Assembly: GCA_008086245.1 (NCBI GenBank)
Contig: VSIX01000029.1
Location: forward strand, 11,813 to 75,812
Direction of reading: 5' to 3'
DNA from: Candidatus Mcinerneyibacterium aminivorans
Lineage (GTDB): Bacteria > Macinerneyibacteriota > Macinerneyibacteria > Macinerneyibacteriales > Macinerneyibacteriaceae
Length of the DNA stretch: 64,000 nt
The position numbers and the translations under genes are program-made. Positions 1 to 9,744 of the stretch are shown here, piece by piece. Within the stretch, counting starts at the first letter, position 1, and each line of letters opens with the position of its first letter. Under the pieces are notes generated by a model. That model saw only the letters and a program-made list of their open reading frames with translations, was not told where the DNA came from and ran no database searches.

Positions 1-121
1 TAATATTCCCCATATTTGTTTTTAATAAAACTGTTGGATTTTCAACTTTATTTTTCTTTTGAATCATACTGCAACCTCCGATTATTGTGCCTATAATTAT
101 AAAAATTAATAATTTTTTCAT
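1..121 (-). CDS. Partial lipoprotein N-terminus. The gene continues beyond the window start, so only the start is visible.
   Basis: Revcomp of 1-121 reads MKKLLIFIIIGTIIGGCSMIQKKNKVENPTVLLKTNMGNI... with a lipobox (IGGC). ATG is at 121-119 on the minus strand, preceded by GGAGGA (revcomp of 128-133). Confidence 0.4.
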   Translation of the reverse strand, partial: MKKLLIFIIIGTIIGGCSMIQKKNKVENPTVLLKTNMGNI

Positions 122-257
122 TTTAACTCCTCCTTTGTTACATTATAATTATAATTTTAAAAATTAAATCATTCAATAAAAAATAAGAATTATATTGTAA
201 TAATATATATTAAAAGTATAATATTGTTCGTATTTAAAAATATGAAAGGTATTTTGT

Positions 258-1616
258 ATGGCTCAGGATCTAACAAAAGGTAATATTTTTAAAGAATTAA
301 TAATAATGTCTATTCCCACTATGATAGGTTTTAGCTTTCAGATGATATATGATTTAGTTGATCTGTTCTGGATAGGGAAAATTTCAAGTGATGCAATAGC
401 AGGTGTAACGATATTTACAACCATATTCTGGGTTGTAGAAGCATTAAATGAGATTATAGGAGTGAGTTCCATTTCTCTTATTTCACAGGCTTATGGTAAA
501 AATGATAGGCTTAAAACTAATAAAGCTATAGAACAAACTATAACATTTAAATTCATAGTTGCAATAATTGCTGCAGTTTTGTTGAGTATTTTTTTAAAAC
601 CGTTTATGAATTTTTTTGGTACAGCAAAAGTTGTTAATTATGGTCTGGAATATGGTTATATAAGATTGTTTTTTCTCCCCATCATGTTTTCTTCATTTTC
701 TGTTAATACTGCTCTTCGCTGCATAGGAGATGCTAAAACTCCCATGAAAATAATGATTTTTGCCAGCATTATAAATATATTTCTGGATCCATTTTTAATA
801 TTTGAAAAGGTTCCAGTATTAAATATTAATGGTTTGAATTATGGAATAAAAGGAGCGGCAATAGCAACAATAATTTCTCAATCTGTAGCTTTTTTTATCG
901 GTATGTATATAATATTTTCCGGTAAGGAGGGTATCCAGCCTAAACTGAGAAATCTCTTTAAACTTAACTGGATGATTGATAAAAAGTTGATTACAATTGG
1001 GTTGCCAAATGGGATTCAGGTATTTTTAAGAAATTTATCTCATGCTGTTATATTAAAATATGTCTCTTTATTTAGCAGTACCGCAATAGCGGCTTTTGGA
1101 ATAGGTGGAAGGATATTTGGATTTGCATTTATGCCCTTAATCGGGTTTTCAATGGGAGGTTCGGCCATTGTAGGACAGTCCCTTGGAGATGAGAATGTTA
1201 AAAGAGCCAAAAAAACTGGGTTTATGGCAGGGTTTATATTGATGGTTGTAATGCTTATTTTTTCGATTTTTGTTATATTCTTTGGGAAAGAAGTTATAGG
1301 AATTTTCTCATCGAATTCTGATGTAATAATGCTGGGAGCGCAGTTTTTAAAATTTGGCACAATAGGACTGGTTTTCATTGGATTTGGATATGGTTTAGCA
1401 ACTGTATTTTCGGGATCAGGTTATAATATTCCATTTTTGATTTCAACAACCATATCAAGATGGCTTATTCAGATACCCGTATTGTTTATGGCTGTAAACC
1501 TTCTGAATCTTTCAATAATCTGGGTCTGGCTTTCGTTTTTATTTGGAGATATTGTAGAATTAATAGTTTTTTCAATATTTTTTAGGGATAAGCGGTGGAA
1601 GAATAAAAGAGTTTGA
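258..1616 (+). CDS. MATE family multidrug/oligosaccharide efflux transporter
   Basis: 452 aa, 12 predicted TM segments, composition typical of NorM/MATE family. Confidence 0.75.
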   Translation: MAQDLTKGNIFKELIIMSIPTMIGFSFQMIYDLVDLFWIGKISSDAIAGVTIFTTIFWVVEALNEIIGVSSISLISQAYGKNDRLKTNKAIEQTITFKFIVAIIAAVLLSIFLKPFMNFFGTAKVVNYGLEYGYIRLFFLPIMFSSFSVNTALRCIGDAKTPMKIMIFASIINIFLDPFLIFEKVPVLNINGLNYGIKGAAIATIISQSVAFFIGMYIIFSGKEGIQPKLRNLFKLNWMIDKKLITIGLPNGIQVFLRNLSHAVILKYVSLFSSTAIAAFGIGGRIFGFAFMPLIGFSMGGSAIVGQSLGDENVKRAKKTGFMAGFILMVVMLIFSIFVIFFGKEVIGIFSSNSDVIMLGAQFLKFGTIGLVFIGFGYGLATVFSGSGYNIPFLISTTISRWLIQIPVLFMAVNLLNLSIIWVWLSFLFGDIVELIVFSIFFRDKRWKNKRV

Positions 1617-1624
1617 TGGAAAGA

Positions 1625-1641
1625 GGAGGGCTAAGCCCTCC
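1625..1641. terminator. Perfect hairpin (GGAGGGC-TAA-GCCCTCC) between convergent genes. Candidate bidirectional terminator.
   Basis: 7-bp GC-rich stem seen directly. Sits between the MATE stop (1616, + strand) and the hsp20 stop (1658, - strand). Confidence 0.5.
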
Positions 1642-1657
1642 GGAATGGAAAACGAGC

Positions 1658-2074
1658 TTAGCTTGTTGATATATTAATTCTTTTATAAGTATTTTCTTTT
1701 TTCGAAAGTTTGATTTCTAATAATCCATTTTTAAGATTCGCATCAATATTATCCCTATCAACTGTATCCGGGAGTTTGAATTTTCTTTCTAATTTTCCAT
1801 TTGTGATTTCTCTTCTGCAGTAGTCTTTATCTTCTTCATCCAAATTTCTATTTGCTGTTATATTCAAAATATTATCATCCAGAGTAATCTCCAAATCATC
1901 TTCGGTTATTCCGGGCAGTTCTGCAATAATTTTGAATTCATCTTCCAGTTCTTTTATATCAACCGGAAAACGGTCACCGTAATTTAAATTTTGATTAGCT
2001 ATATCATTTCTTAAAAAATTTTCGAGAAGATCAAAACTATCATCATAAACATTTCTTAATTTTAAAAGTGTCAT
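1658..2074 (-). CDS. Small heat shock protein (Hsp20/alpha-crystallin family)
   Basis: 138 aa. C-terminal GLLEIKLSKKE resembles the Hsp20 alpha-crystallin domain signature. Confidence 0.75.
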   Translation of the reverse strand: MTLLKLRNVYDDSFDLLENFLRNDIANQNLNYGDRFPVDIKELEDEFKIIAELPGITEDDLEITLDDNILNITANRNLDEEDKDYCRREITNGKLERKFKLPDTVDRDNIDANLKNGLLEIKLSKKENTYKRINISTS

Positions 2075-2514
2075 AGTATCCTCCTTTATTTTTATTTTAT
2101 TTCAACAACACAGTTATATATAAAGCATATTGCATGCCAGATTAAAATAGAAGTGAAAAGAAAATTGTAACTTGTATCTAATTAGTAAAATATAAAAAAA
2201 AATAATTTAAATATTTATAAGTGATATTTTATATTAGGGTAAATATTATACAATGGTTTACACAAAGGGGTGGGTAATAATTACACATTTGCAAATTTCT
2301 GATTGAAGGAATAAGCGGATGGATTTAAGGAATTTTCCATCCTATTGTTTACTTTAAGATTTTAAACATGCAAATATTTGATTTAAAAGATCGTACCGCC
2401 AATAATATAATTCTCACATATAAACTTTTATACTCTTGAAGGAATTCAAATATAATTTGTAAATTTACTAAATATTAAGTATAATAAGTTTATTAAAATA
2501 GAAGAGGAGATAAT

Positions 2515-3504
2515 ATGAAATTTAAGGTGTTTTTAATGGTTATTTTGTTAATTTTTGTTTTATTTGCATCAGTTAATGCAAAAGGAGATTCGGATACTAA
2601 ACTATTGGATAGAAAAGGAATGATAATTGGAGAAAATCCTCCAAAAGATAAACCCGAATTGTTTGCAAAAGGGATAGTGTCTACTGGTATGTTTGAAAGA
2701 GATATAACTTTCTCTCCCGATTACAGCCAGTGTTATTTTCGTATACAGCTTGGAGGGAGGGCAACGATTATTACATTAAAACAAAAAAATCGTAAATGGA
2801 CCAAACCGCATGTAGCAGAATTTTCCGGTATTTATAATGATATGGAGCCTCATATATCTCCGGACGGCAAGTATCTTTATTTTGTTTCAAACCGTCCCAT
2901 GGATGATTCGAAACAGCCATTAGATGAAACTAATATCTGGCGAATGAAAAAAAATGGCAAGAAATGGGGCAAGCCAGAACCTTTAGGTGAAAAAATTAAT
3001 GGACGGGGAAATGTTTACTATCCTTCTGTAACTAAAAATAATCAGCTCTATTTTACACGAAGGGATGAAAATAATAATGAGTATATTTTTGTATCTGATT
3101 ATGAGAATGGCAAATTTAAAAACCCTGTCAAGCTTCCCGATACAATAAATTCCGGAAAATATCAGTTTAATGCAGCAATATCTCCCGATGGAGATTATAT
3201 AATTGTTCCTGTATTTGGACGTAAAGATTCTATAGGAGCTACCGATTATTATATATCCTTTAAAAAAGATGATAAATGGGGAAAACTAAAAAATCTTGGA
3301 TCAATGATAAATTCTGAAAAATCCGAATATGCTCCCTACATAACTCCTGATGGTAAATATTTATTTTTTCAATCTCAACAGGGAAGTATAAAAAATATGG
3401 AAAAGATGAGTTATGAAAAATTAAAAAAAATATTTAAAAATCCCAGGAATGGATTAAGCGATATTTACTGGATAAGTACAGAATTTTTATATGAATTAAA
3501 ATAA
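2515..3504 (+). CDS. Secreted TolB-like beta-propeller protein (PD40/WD40-like repeats)
   Basis: Signal peptide MKFKVFLMVILLIFVLFASVNA. Repeated SPDGKYLYF-type PD40 motifs (3 copies). Confidence 0.6.
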   Translation: MKFKVFLMVILLIFVLFASVNAKGDSDTKLLDRKGMIIGENPPKDKPELFAKGIVSTGMFERDITFSPDYSQCYFRIQLGGRATIITLKQKNRKWTKPHVAEFSGIYNDMEPHISPDGKYLYFVSNRPMDDSKQPLDETNIWRMKKNGKKWGKPEPLGEKINGRGNVYYPSVTKNNQLYFTRRDENNNEYIFVSDYENGKFKNPVKLPDTINSGKYQFNAAISPDGDYIIVPVFGRKDSIGATDYYISFKKDDKWGKLKNLGSMINSEKSEYAPYITPDGKYLFFQSQQGSIKNMEKMSYEKLKKIFKNPRNGLSDIYWISTEFLYELK

Positions 3505-3707
3505 TAAATATTATTCTTGGATTAAGTTTTCTTATTATATATCACTAAAGTAATATAAAATTCAATTATAGCTTATAATATCAATTAATATCTCTAAAAT
3601 TGTTATACATCGGTAATATTTGTAATGAATTTAATTCACGTTGTCTATCTTGAAAATTTAAAAATTATATAATATACTAGAATAATAAATATTAAAAGGA
3701 GGGGTTT

Positions 3708-4160
3708 ATGAAAACAATCGAATCAATTATTAAAAAAAAGGGAGATGAGGTTTTTTCAATTGGGGATGATAAAAAGCTACTTGAAGCTGTAAAATTATTG
3801 AATGAAAAAAAAATAGGGGCTCTGCTAATTTTAAATGACAAGAAGCAAATTGAAGGTATTATAAGTGAAAGAGATATTCTGCGGGAAGTTGATCATGATG
3901 AAGGGATAATTAAAAATGTCGATATTAAAAATGTTATGACAAAAAAAGAAAATATAATTGTTGCTCATTTAAAAGATGATATAGATTATGCAATGAGTGT
4001 TATGTTGAAGAATAAAATTAGACATTTACCCGTATTGGATGAAGAGGGAAATCTTGAGGGTATCATTTCTATTGGAGATGTATTGAAAAGTGAATTAAAC
4101 GAATATGATAGGGAAAATAAATATTTAAAGGATTATATTAGCGGGAAATATCCCGTTTAA
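3708..4160 (+). CDS. CBS-domain pair protein
   Basis: 150 aa with two CBS-like repeats (ISERDIL / IRHLPVLDEEGNLEGIISIGDVL). Confidence 0.7.
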   Translation: MKTIESIIKKKGDEVFSIGDDKKLLEAVKLLNEKKIGALLILNDKKQIEGIISERDILREVDHDEGIIKNVDIKNVMTKKENIIVAHLKDDIDYAMSVMLKNKIRHLPVLDEEGNLEGIISIGDVLKSELNEYDRENKYLKDYISGKYPV

Positions 4161-4215
4161 GTATGAAAAATCAAATCGGGGAAATCAGCTAATGGGGAAA
4201 TTTAATTTTTTTTTC

Positions 4216-4244
4216 TTGAAAAACATTAAATATTATTATATAAT
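4216..4244 (+). promoter_or_regulatory. Sigma70-like promoter (TTGAAA-17 nt-TATAAT) upstream of the hydrogenase super-operon
   Basis: -35 TTGAAA at 4216-4221 and -10 TATAAT at 4239-4244 with a 17-nt spacer, seen directly. Sits about 45 nt upstream of ATG 4287. Confidence 0.5.
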
Positions 4245-4286
4245 TGATTAATTGTGAAATAATTAATTATTTATTTGGGGTTAATT

Positions 4287-5363
4287 ATGGTAAATAGAGT
4301 TTTTCAAATTAAAATTACTGATTGGGTTTCTTTTTTGGAAGACATGTATCGGGAGTATGATATTTATGCCCCCCAGAGTTTTGAGGATAAATTATACTTT
4401 GAATTCCTTGATAAATCAGATATAAAAAATATTTCCTATAGAGATATAGCCTACAGAACAGTGCAGCCTATAAAAATATTTTTTCTTCCAGTTGGAGAAA
4501 CGGTTTCAAATACTTCTAATTCAGAAGAAATTGATAAAAATTATAAAAAGAAGATTCTTGTTGGATTGAAAGCATGTGATTTAAATGCATTATCAATTTT
4601 AGATGAGGTATATCTGGATGAAGATTTTATAGATCCATTCTATAAACATAGAAGAGAAGATACCATTATAATAAGCAGTGACTGCACCGATCCTTTAGAG
4701 TCCTGTTTCTGCACTGAAGTTGATTCACAACCGTATCCTGTTAAAAATTTTGATTTAAATCTTTCATTGGTTGATAATTATATTTTGATTGAAGTTGGAT
4801 CAGAAAAAGGGCAGAAATTAATAGATGAATATGGAAAAGATTACTTTAAAGAAGCAAATAATGGTTTAATAGATAAGAGAGAGCAAAATAGAGAAAAAAT
4901 AAAAAGTAAAGTAGAGGAAATTAACACTGAATTTGCAACAAAGGATTCATATGATCTAATACTTAAAGGAAATTATGAATCTGAAATTTGGGAGGAACTT
5001 GCAGAGGATTGTGTTGAATGTGGGGGGTGTACTAATATTTGTCCTACATGTCACTGTTTTATACTTGTGGATGGTGCAAAGGGCGAGGAATTCTTTAAAA
5101 ATAAATACTGGGATTCATGTCAATTAGATGATTTTACAAAAATGGCTGCCGGTGAGGATCCAAGGGATGAAATATGGAAAAGGTTCAGAAACCGTTATTT
5201 TTGCAAATATAATTATAAACTTGATAATTTTAATATCATTGCCTGTACTGGATGCGGTAGATGTATAGAAGCCTGTCAGGGTGATATAGATAAAAGAGAG
5301 GTTTTAAAAAAAGTTAGTGAAACTAAAAAAAACAAAAAGACAAATCGGGAGGAAGTAAACTAA
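4287..5363 (+). CDS. Fe-S protein of the sulfhydrogenase beta (HydB) / anaerobic sulfite reductase AsrA family
   Basis: C-terminal CVECGGCTNICPTCHC (CxxCxxCxxxCP) plus CTGCGRCIEAC. Length and Cys pattern fit the HydB/AsrA family. The tracked start at 4275 is TTG; ATG 4287 (MVNRVF) is preferred. Confidence 0.6.
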   Translation: MVNRVFQIKITDWVSFLEDMYREYDIYAPQSFEDKLYFEFLDKSDIKNISYRDIAYRTVQPIKIFFLPVGETVSNTSNSEEIDKNYKKKILVGLKACDLNALSILDEVYLDEDFIDPFYKHRREDTIIISSDCTDPLESCFCTEVDSQPYPVKNFDLNLSLVDNYILIEVGSEKGQKLIDEYGKDYFKEANNGLIDKREQNREKIKSKVEEINTEFATKDSYDLILKGNYESEIWEELAEDCVECGGCTNICPTCHCFILVDGAKGEEFFKNKYWDSCQLDDFTKMAAGEDPRDEIWKRFRNRYFCKYNYKLDNFNIIACTGCGRCIEACQGDIDKREVLKKVSETKKNKKTNREEVN

Positions 5364-5413
5364 ATTAAAATTATAATAACATACAGGTAAAACCATAAAA
5401 ATGGGAGGGATTA

Positions 5414-6232
5414 ATGAAAGAAAACCCTTATAATCCAATAAAGGCAAAAGTTGATGATGTAATAACGGAATCATCAACAATTAAAACATTAAAGTTAATC
5501 CCTGAAGAAAATTTTAGTTTTCAAGCTGGAGAGTTTATCGAACTAACCGTTCCAGGTGTTGGAGAAGCTCCCTTTACACCATCATCTTCACCTTATAATA
5601 CAGAGTCCTTAGATGTTACTGTAATGGAAGTTGGACGCGTAACAAGAAAAATTCATAATATGAAAAAAGGGGATATTACAGGTATCAGGGGACCATTAGG
5701 CAAAGGTTATCCTATTGAAAAATTTGAAAATAAGGAAGTACTTCTTCTTGGGGGAGGAGTTGGTATGGCTCCAATTCGTTCCTTATTGCTTGAATTAATC
5801 CATGATACAAGCAGGTTTGAACAAATATATTTGTGCTACGGATCAAAAACACCATCAGATATTATTTATAAAAATCAGTTTGAAAAATGGAGAAATGTTA
5901 AGGGATTAAAAGTTTTAAGAACTGTCGATGAGCCTGATGAAAATTGGGAGGAGTGTGTAGGAGTTGCTACGGTGCTACTAGAAAAAATTGATATCAATGT
6001 AGAAAATAGTGTTGCAATTGTCTGCGGACCTCCTGTAATGATGAAATTTGGAACTTACAGTCTTCTTGATATGGGATTCAAATCGGAAGATATATATTTA
6101 TCGATGGAAAGAAATATGTCCTGCGGTATAGGTAAATGCGGTCACTGCGCTCTTGGTAAATATTATGTATGTAAAGATGGTCCAGTATTTACCTATGAAC
6201 AAATAAAAGACATTCCGGAGAAATGGGTATAA
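5414..6232 (+). CDS. FAD/NAD(P)-binding oxidoreductase with C-terminal [2Fe-2S] cluster (sulfhydrogenase gamma HydG / AsrB / PyrK-like family)
   Basis: GGGVGMAPIRS (GGxGxxP NAD(P) motif). C-terminal CGIGKCGHCALGKYYVCKDGPVF is a PyrK-type 2Fe-2S motif. Confidence 0.7.
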   Translation: MKENPYNPIKAKVDDVITESSTIKTLKLIPEENFSFQAGEFIELTVPGVGEAPFTPSSSPYNTESLDVTVMEVGRVTRKIHNMKKGDITGIRGPLGKGYPIEKFENKEVLLLGGGVGMAPIRSLLLELIHDTSRFEQIYLCYGSKTPSDIIYKNQFEKWRNVKGLKVLRTVDEPDENWEECVGVATVLLEKIDINVENSVAIVCGPPVMMKFGTYSLLDMGFKSEDIYLSMERNMSCGIGKCGHCALGKYYVCKDGPVFTYEQIKDIPEKWV

Positions 6233-6705
6233 TTATGAAAAGATTATTTATTGATTTAGAAGTTTGTAAAAAATGTGAAAAATGTGTAATAGAATGCAGT
6301 TATTACAATCATTATCCCGAGAATAATGGAATTACTGCTCTTAGAGAAAGAGTTAGATATGCTTTGATTTGTAAGCAATGTGAAGAAGCACCATGTGTTG
6401 AGGTATGTCCCCAGGATGCTTTGGAAAAACAGGAGGATGGATCATTAAAAAGATATAATATGCTTTGTGTCGGTTGTAATTCCTGTGTTATAGCATGTCC
6501 TTTTGGAACAATTTATCCTGAATTAATACCTTATCTGGATTCTGTTTGTGATTACTGTAAAAAGAGATTTAAAGATGCCTACCTTTGTATTGAAACCTGT
6601 CCTTATGATGCGATTGAATATAAAGAAGTAAAGGAAGATAAAGAAAAAAATATTATACTAATAAATAAAAATTTAGGGGTGCATTTAAAAAAATGGAAAC
6701 TTTAA
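6223..6705 (+). CDS. 2x[4Fe-4S] ferredoxin (HycB-like electron-transfer subunit)
   Basis: CKQCEEAPCVEVCP and CVGCNSCVIACP motifs. Overlaps the upstream gene by 10 nt. Confidence 0.7.
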   Translation: MGIIMKRLFIDLEVCKKCEKCVIECSYYNHYPENNGITALRERVRYALICKQCEEAPCVEVCPQDALEKQEDGSLKRYNMLCVGCNSCVIACPFGTIYPELIPYLDSVCDYCKKRFKDAYLCIETCPYDAIEYKEVKEDKEKNIILINKNLGVHLKKWKL

Positions 6706-7628
6706 AATCAATTCTATATTTTATAGTTTTTCCCGGTTTTTTATTTACTGCAATTGCCGGTATTCTTGTAAGCTGGATAGATAGAAAGGTAACTGCTCTG
6801 GTGCAGTGGAGGGTGGGTCCTCCCTTTATGCAGCCCTTATATGATTTTGTGAAGTTATTGGGAAAAGAAACCATTATTCCCAGAGGAAGTTCCAAATTTA
6901 CCTTTTTATTATCACCGGTTTTGAGTTTAACCTCAATTACAATAGTTTCAACAATGCTTTGGCATACATTTATAATGCCCTCAAAGGGTTTTGTTGGAGA
7001 TTTAATTGTGATAGTGTATTTGCTGGTGATGCCTTCAATTGCAATTATTCTTGCGGGTTTTTCTTCAGCCAATCCTCTATCATCTATTGGTGCTTCAAGA
7101 GAAATGAAATTGTTACTTTCCTATGAATTACCTTTTATAATTTCTGTTTTAGTTGCTGTTATAAATTCAGGAAATGAGATATTGATGGGCAATATTTTAA
7201 TGTTTCAAAATAATAACGGAGCAATAGCAGGTTCTTTATCAGGTATTCTTGCTTTTGTTGTAGCTATTTTATGTATGCAGGCAAAATTAGCTCTTGTTCC
7301 TTTTGATGCCCCGGAAGCCGAAACCGAAATAACAGGCGGACCATTTATTGAATATTCCGGAACTCCTCTAGCAATATTTAAACTTAGCAGGTGGATGCTT
7401 CTTTTTGTGTTACCGCTTTTTTTGGTTGGTGTTTTCTGGGGCGGTTTTAGAATTGAAGGCATAGATTTATTGTGGAGTGTTTTGAAATATGTAGCGCTGC
7501 TCGTAGTTATAATACTGATTAAAAACACAGCCCCGAGATTTAGAATAGATCAGGTATTAAAGTTATTTTGGGGACCGATTACTTTCTTAGCTATACTTGC
7601 TGTAATATTAGCATATTTAGGAGTATAA
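6693..7628 (+). CDS. Group-4 [NiFe] hydrogenase membrane subunit, NuoH/EchB/MbhM-like
   Basis: 311 aa polytopic protein. EAETEITGGPFIEYSG matches the NuoH-family signature. Confidence 0.75.
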   Translation: METLKSILYFIVFPGFLFTAIAGILVSWIDRKVTALVQWRVGPPFMQPLYDFVKLLGKETIIPRGSSKFTFLLSPVLSLTSITIVSTMLWHTFIMPSKGFVGDLIVIVYLLVMPSIAIILAGFSSANPLSSIGASREMKLLLSYELPFIISVLVAVINSGNEILMGNILMFQNNNGAIAGSLSGILAFVVAILCMQAKLALVPFDAPEAETEITGGPFIEYSGTPLAIFKLSRWMLLFVLPLFLVGVFWGGFRIEGIDLLWSVLKYVALLVVIILIKNTAPRFRIDQVLKLFWGPITFLAILAVILAYLGV

Positions 7629-7629
7629 A

Positions 7630-8046
7630 ATGGGATTTAAGGAAAACGCTTTAAAACGGTCTTTATGGGTTTTTCATTTTAGCGGTGGCTCCTGTAACAA
7701 CTGTGATATTGAACTACTTGATTGTTTAACTCCAAGATATGATTTAGAACGTTTTGGGATAGAACTTGTAGGAAGTATAAGGCATGCAGATATAATTGCT
7801 GTGACGGGCATTGTAAACAGACAGTGTAAGCCCCGGTTAGAAAAGATTTATAAACAGGCATCCAAACCAGTTTTTGTAGTTGCATGTGGAGCCTGTCCAT
7901 GTACGGGAGGGATATTCAAAAATAGTTATCATACAGCAGGTCCTTTAGATGAAATAATTCCGGTAGATGCATACATTCCCGGATGTCCTCCTAAACCCGA
8001 AGCAATAATATCTGCTATAGTGAAATTAAGAAATAAATTGGAGTAG
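7630..8046 (+). CDS. [NiFe] hydrogenase small subunit, NuoB/EchC/MbhJ-like
   Basis: CNNC...ACGACPCTGG...IPGCPP, the conserved cysteines that hold the proximal 4Fe-4S cluster in the NuoB family. Confidence 0.8.
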   Translation: MGFKENALKRSLWVFHFSGGSCNNCDIELLDCLTPRYDLERFGIELVGSIRHADIIAVTGIVNRQCKPRLEKIYKQASKPVFVVACGACPCTGGIFKNSYHTAGPLDEIIPVDAYIPGCPPKPEAIISAIVKLRNKLE

Positions 8047-8049
8047 AAA

Positions 8050-8499
8050 ATGAATGAAGAAGTAATAAATATTAAAAATAAGTTCGATAATAAAATTGTT
8101 GAGTTTTATGAAAAATCTAAAAAGAGATATTATATCACGATTGAAAAGGATGATTTGCTCGATTTTGTCGATTATATTTTTAATGAATTGGGGTTCAGGT
8201 ATATGATTGAAACAGGGATTGATACCCCCGGGGGAATAGAGATCCTTTATCACTTTTCTTTTGACAGCAGGGAAACTGTGGTTACTTTGAAGACACTCTT
8301 GGATTCTAAAGAACCTGTAGTGGAATCAATAAGTTCAATAGTACCGGGGGCTAAGTGGATTGAAAGAGAGATTATGGATATCCTCGGAGTTAAGTTTTTA
8401 AATCATCCTAATCCGGAAAAATTTATTCTATCAGATGATTGGAATGAAAAAGAGTATCCACTGAGAAGAGATTATGATGAAAAGAAAAATAATAATTAA
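8050..8499 (+). CDS. NuoC-like (30 kDa) subunit of the group-4 hydrogenase (MbhK-like)
   Basis: 149 aa with a NuoC-family core (IVPGAKWIEREIMDILGVKF). Confidence 0.7.
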   Translation: MNEEVINIKNKFDNKIVEFYEKSKKRYYITIEKDDLLDFVDYIFNELGFRYMIETGIDTPGGIEILYHFSFDSRETVVTLKTLLDSKEPVVESISSIVPGAKWIEREIMDILGVKFLNHPNPEKFILSDDWNEKEYPLRRDYDEKKNNN

Positions 8500-8523
8500 T
8501 AAGTGCTATAGGGGATTATTATT

Positions 8524-9744
8524 ATGAGTGATGAAAATAAAAATAGTAAAAAAGAAAGAACTGTAATACCGATAGGTCCTTATCATCCACTTCAGGAGGA
8601 ACCGGAATATTTTCAGCTGCATGTGGAAGGCGAGATTGTAAAAAAAATTGAATGGAGAACTTCTTATAATCATCGGGGAATAGAAAAGCTATCCCAATCT
8701 ATGAGCTATGACCAGGTTCCATATCTGGTTGAACGCATTTGTGGTATATGTTCAACTTCTCACCCGCTTTCTTATGTTAATGCGGTTGAAGACCTGGCTG
8801 AAATTGAAGTCCCTGTTAGGGCAAAATATATTAGAACTATAATAGCCGAACTTGAGAGGTTACATTCTCACCTCTTATGGGTAGGATTAGCGGGTCATTT
8901 TCTGGGATTTAATACGGTATGGATGTGGGCATGGAAGTACAGGGAACCAGTTCTTGAAATAATGGAAGCGGTAACAGGGAATAGGCAGAATTATGCTATG
9001 ATGAAAATTGGTGGAATTAGAAGGGATATTGATAATGAGGATATACCGAGCATAAAAAAAATGCTTGATGATTTAAAACCTAAAGTTGACCTTTTAAGAG
9101 GTGCAGTAATGGATGACCCTATCATTCACGCCCGTACAAAGGGGATAGGTGTATTAACACCGGAAGATGTTCATAATTATGGAGCTTTGGGTCCTACTGC
9201 AAGAGCTTCTGGCATAAAAGATGATATCAGAAGGGATTATCCCTATGCAGCTTATGATATCATTGACTGGGATGTAATCGTGGAAGAAGAAGGAGATGTT
9301 TTTGCAAAAGCTGTTGTCAGAATCAAGGAAATGTATGAATCAATAAGCATGATTCATCAATGTTTGGATGCTCTAAAAAAAGAAAATGGGGAAATTGAAA
9401 CAACTGTAAAGGAGATTCCTCCAGGAGATGGAATCGGACAGGCAGAAGCACCGAGAGGGGAAGTTTTCCATTTTGTTAGAAGTGATGGTACAAATAGACC
9501 TGTTAGACACAAAGTAAGGGCTCCCAGTTTTTGCAATGTTCCGACTTTTGAGGTTACAACTGTGGGGGAAACTATTTCAGATGCTGCAATTATACTTGCT
9601 GCAGTGGATCCATGCTATTGCTGTACCGAGCGCATGGCCGTTATTAATTCTGAAGGTGAAAAAAGTTTAACAGGGGATGATTTAATAAAAATGTCGCAGC
9701 AGAAAACTGAAAGAATGAGAAAATCCAAAAAGGAGAATAAATGA
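8524..9744 (+). CDS. Group-4 [NiFe] hydrogenase large (catalytic) subunit, NuoD/EchE/MbhL-like
   Basis: N-terminal RICGICSTSH (RxCGxCxxxH) and C-terminal DPCYCCTER (DPCxxC) NiFe-ligand motifs are both present. 406 aa. Confidence 0.85.
   Translation: MSDENKNSKKERTVIPIGPYHPLQEEPEYFQLHVEGEIVKKIEWRTSYNHRGIEKLSQSMSYDQVPYLVERICGICSTSHPLSYVNAVEDLAEIEVPVRAKYIRTIIAELERLHSHLLWVGLAGHFLGFNTVWMWAWKYREPVLEIMEAVTGNRQNYAMMKIGGIRRDIDNEDIPSIKKMLDDLKPKVDLLRGAVMDDPIIHARTKGIGVLTPEDVHNYGALGPTARASGIKDDIRRDYPYAAYDIIDWDVIVEEEGDVFAKAVVRIKEMYESISMIHQCLDALKKENGEIETTVKEIPPGDGIGQAEAPRGEVFHFVRSDGTNRPVRHKVRAPSFCNVPTFEVTTVGETISDAAIILAAVDPCYCCTERMAVINSEGEKSLTGDDLIKMSQQKTERMRKSKKENK

Noticed and set aside
1040-1378. 112-aa minus-strand ORF inside the MATE gene. 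The same kind of antisense ORF appears inside other genes: 6653-7072, 7205-7528, 7679-7900, 8026-8253, 9644-9910, 12633-12878, 14925-15122, 15193-15474, 15647-15844, 16097-16318, 16677-16940, 18595-18870, 18952-19173, 19787-20028, 20137-20457, 22154-22489, 24245-24460, 25099-25293, 25868-26053, 30504-30834, 31707-31949, 32944-33165, 33277-33531, 35184-35408, 36859-37104, 37926-38183, 40605-40949, 41345-41713, 42365-42805, 43043-43234, 43691-43990, 44414-44758, 45527-45847, 46316-46498, 46534-46866, 47754-47999, 53689-53883, 54076-54300, 55568-55750, 55953-56243 and 60723-60932.
   Set aside because: All lie antisense or out of frame within longer ORFs that have clear family signatures. Their products are low-complexity (Ile/Phe/Ser/Lys-rich), as expected from AT-rich antisense strands. 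No RBS or motif support.
2270-2340. Short hairpin GGATGG-N13-CCATCC and a 17-codon ORF (MVYTKGWVIITHLQISD) in the hsp20/PD40 divergent intergenic region.
   Set aside because: Weak stem with a long loop and no flanking T-run. The micro-ORF has no RBS. Probably chance in a 440-bp AT-rich promoter region.
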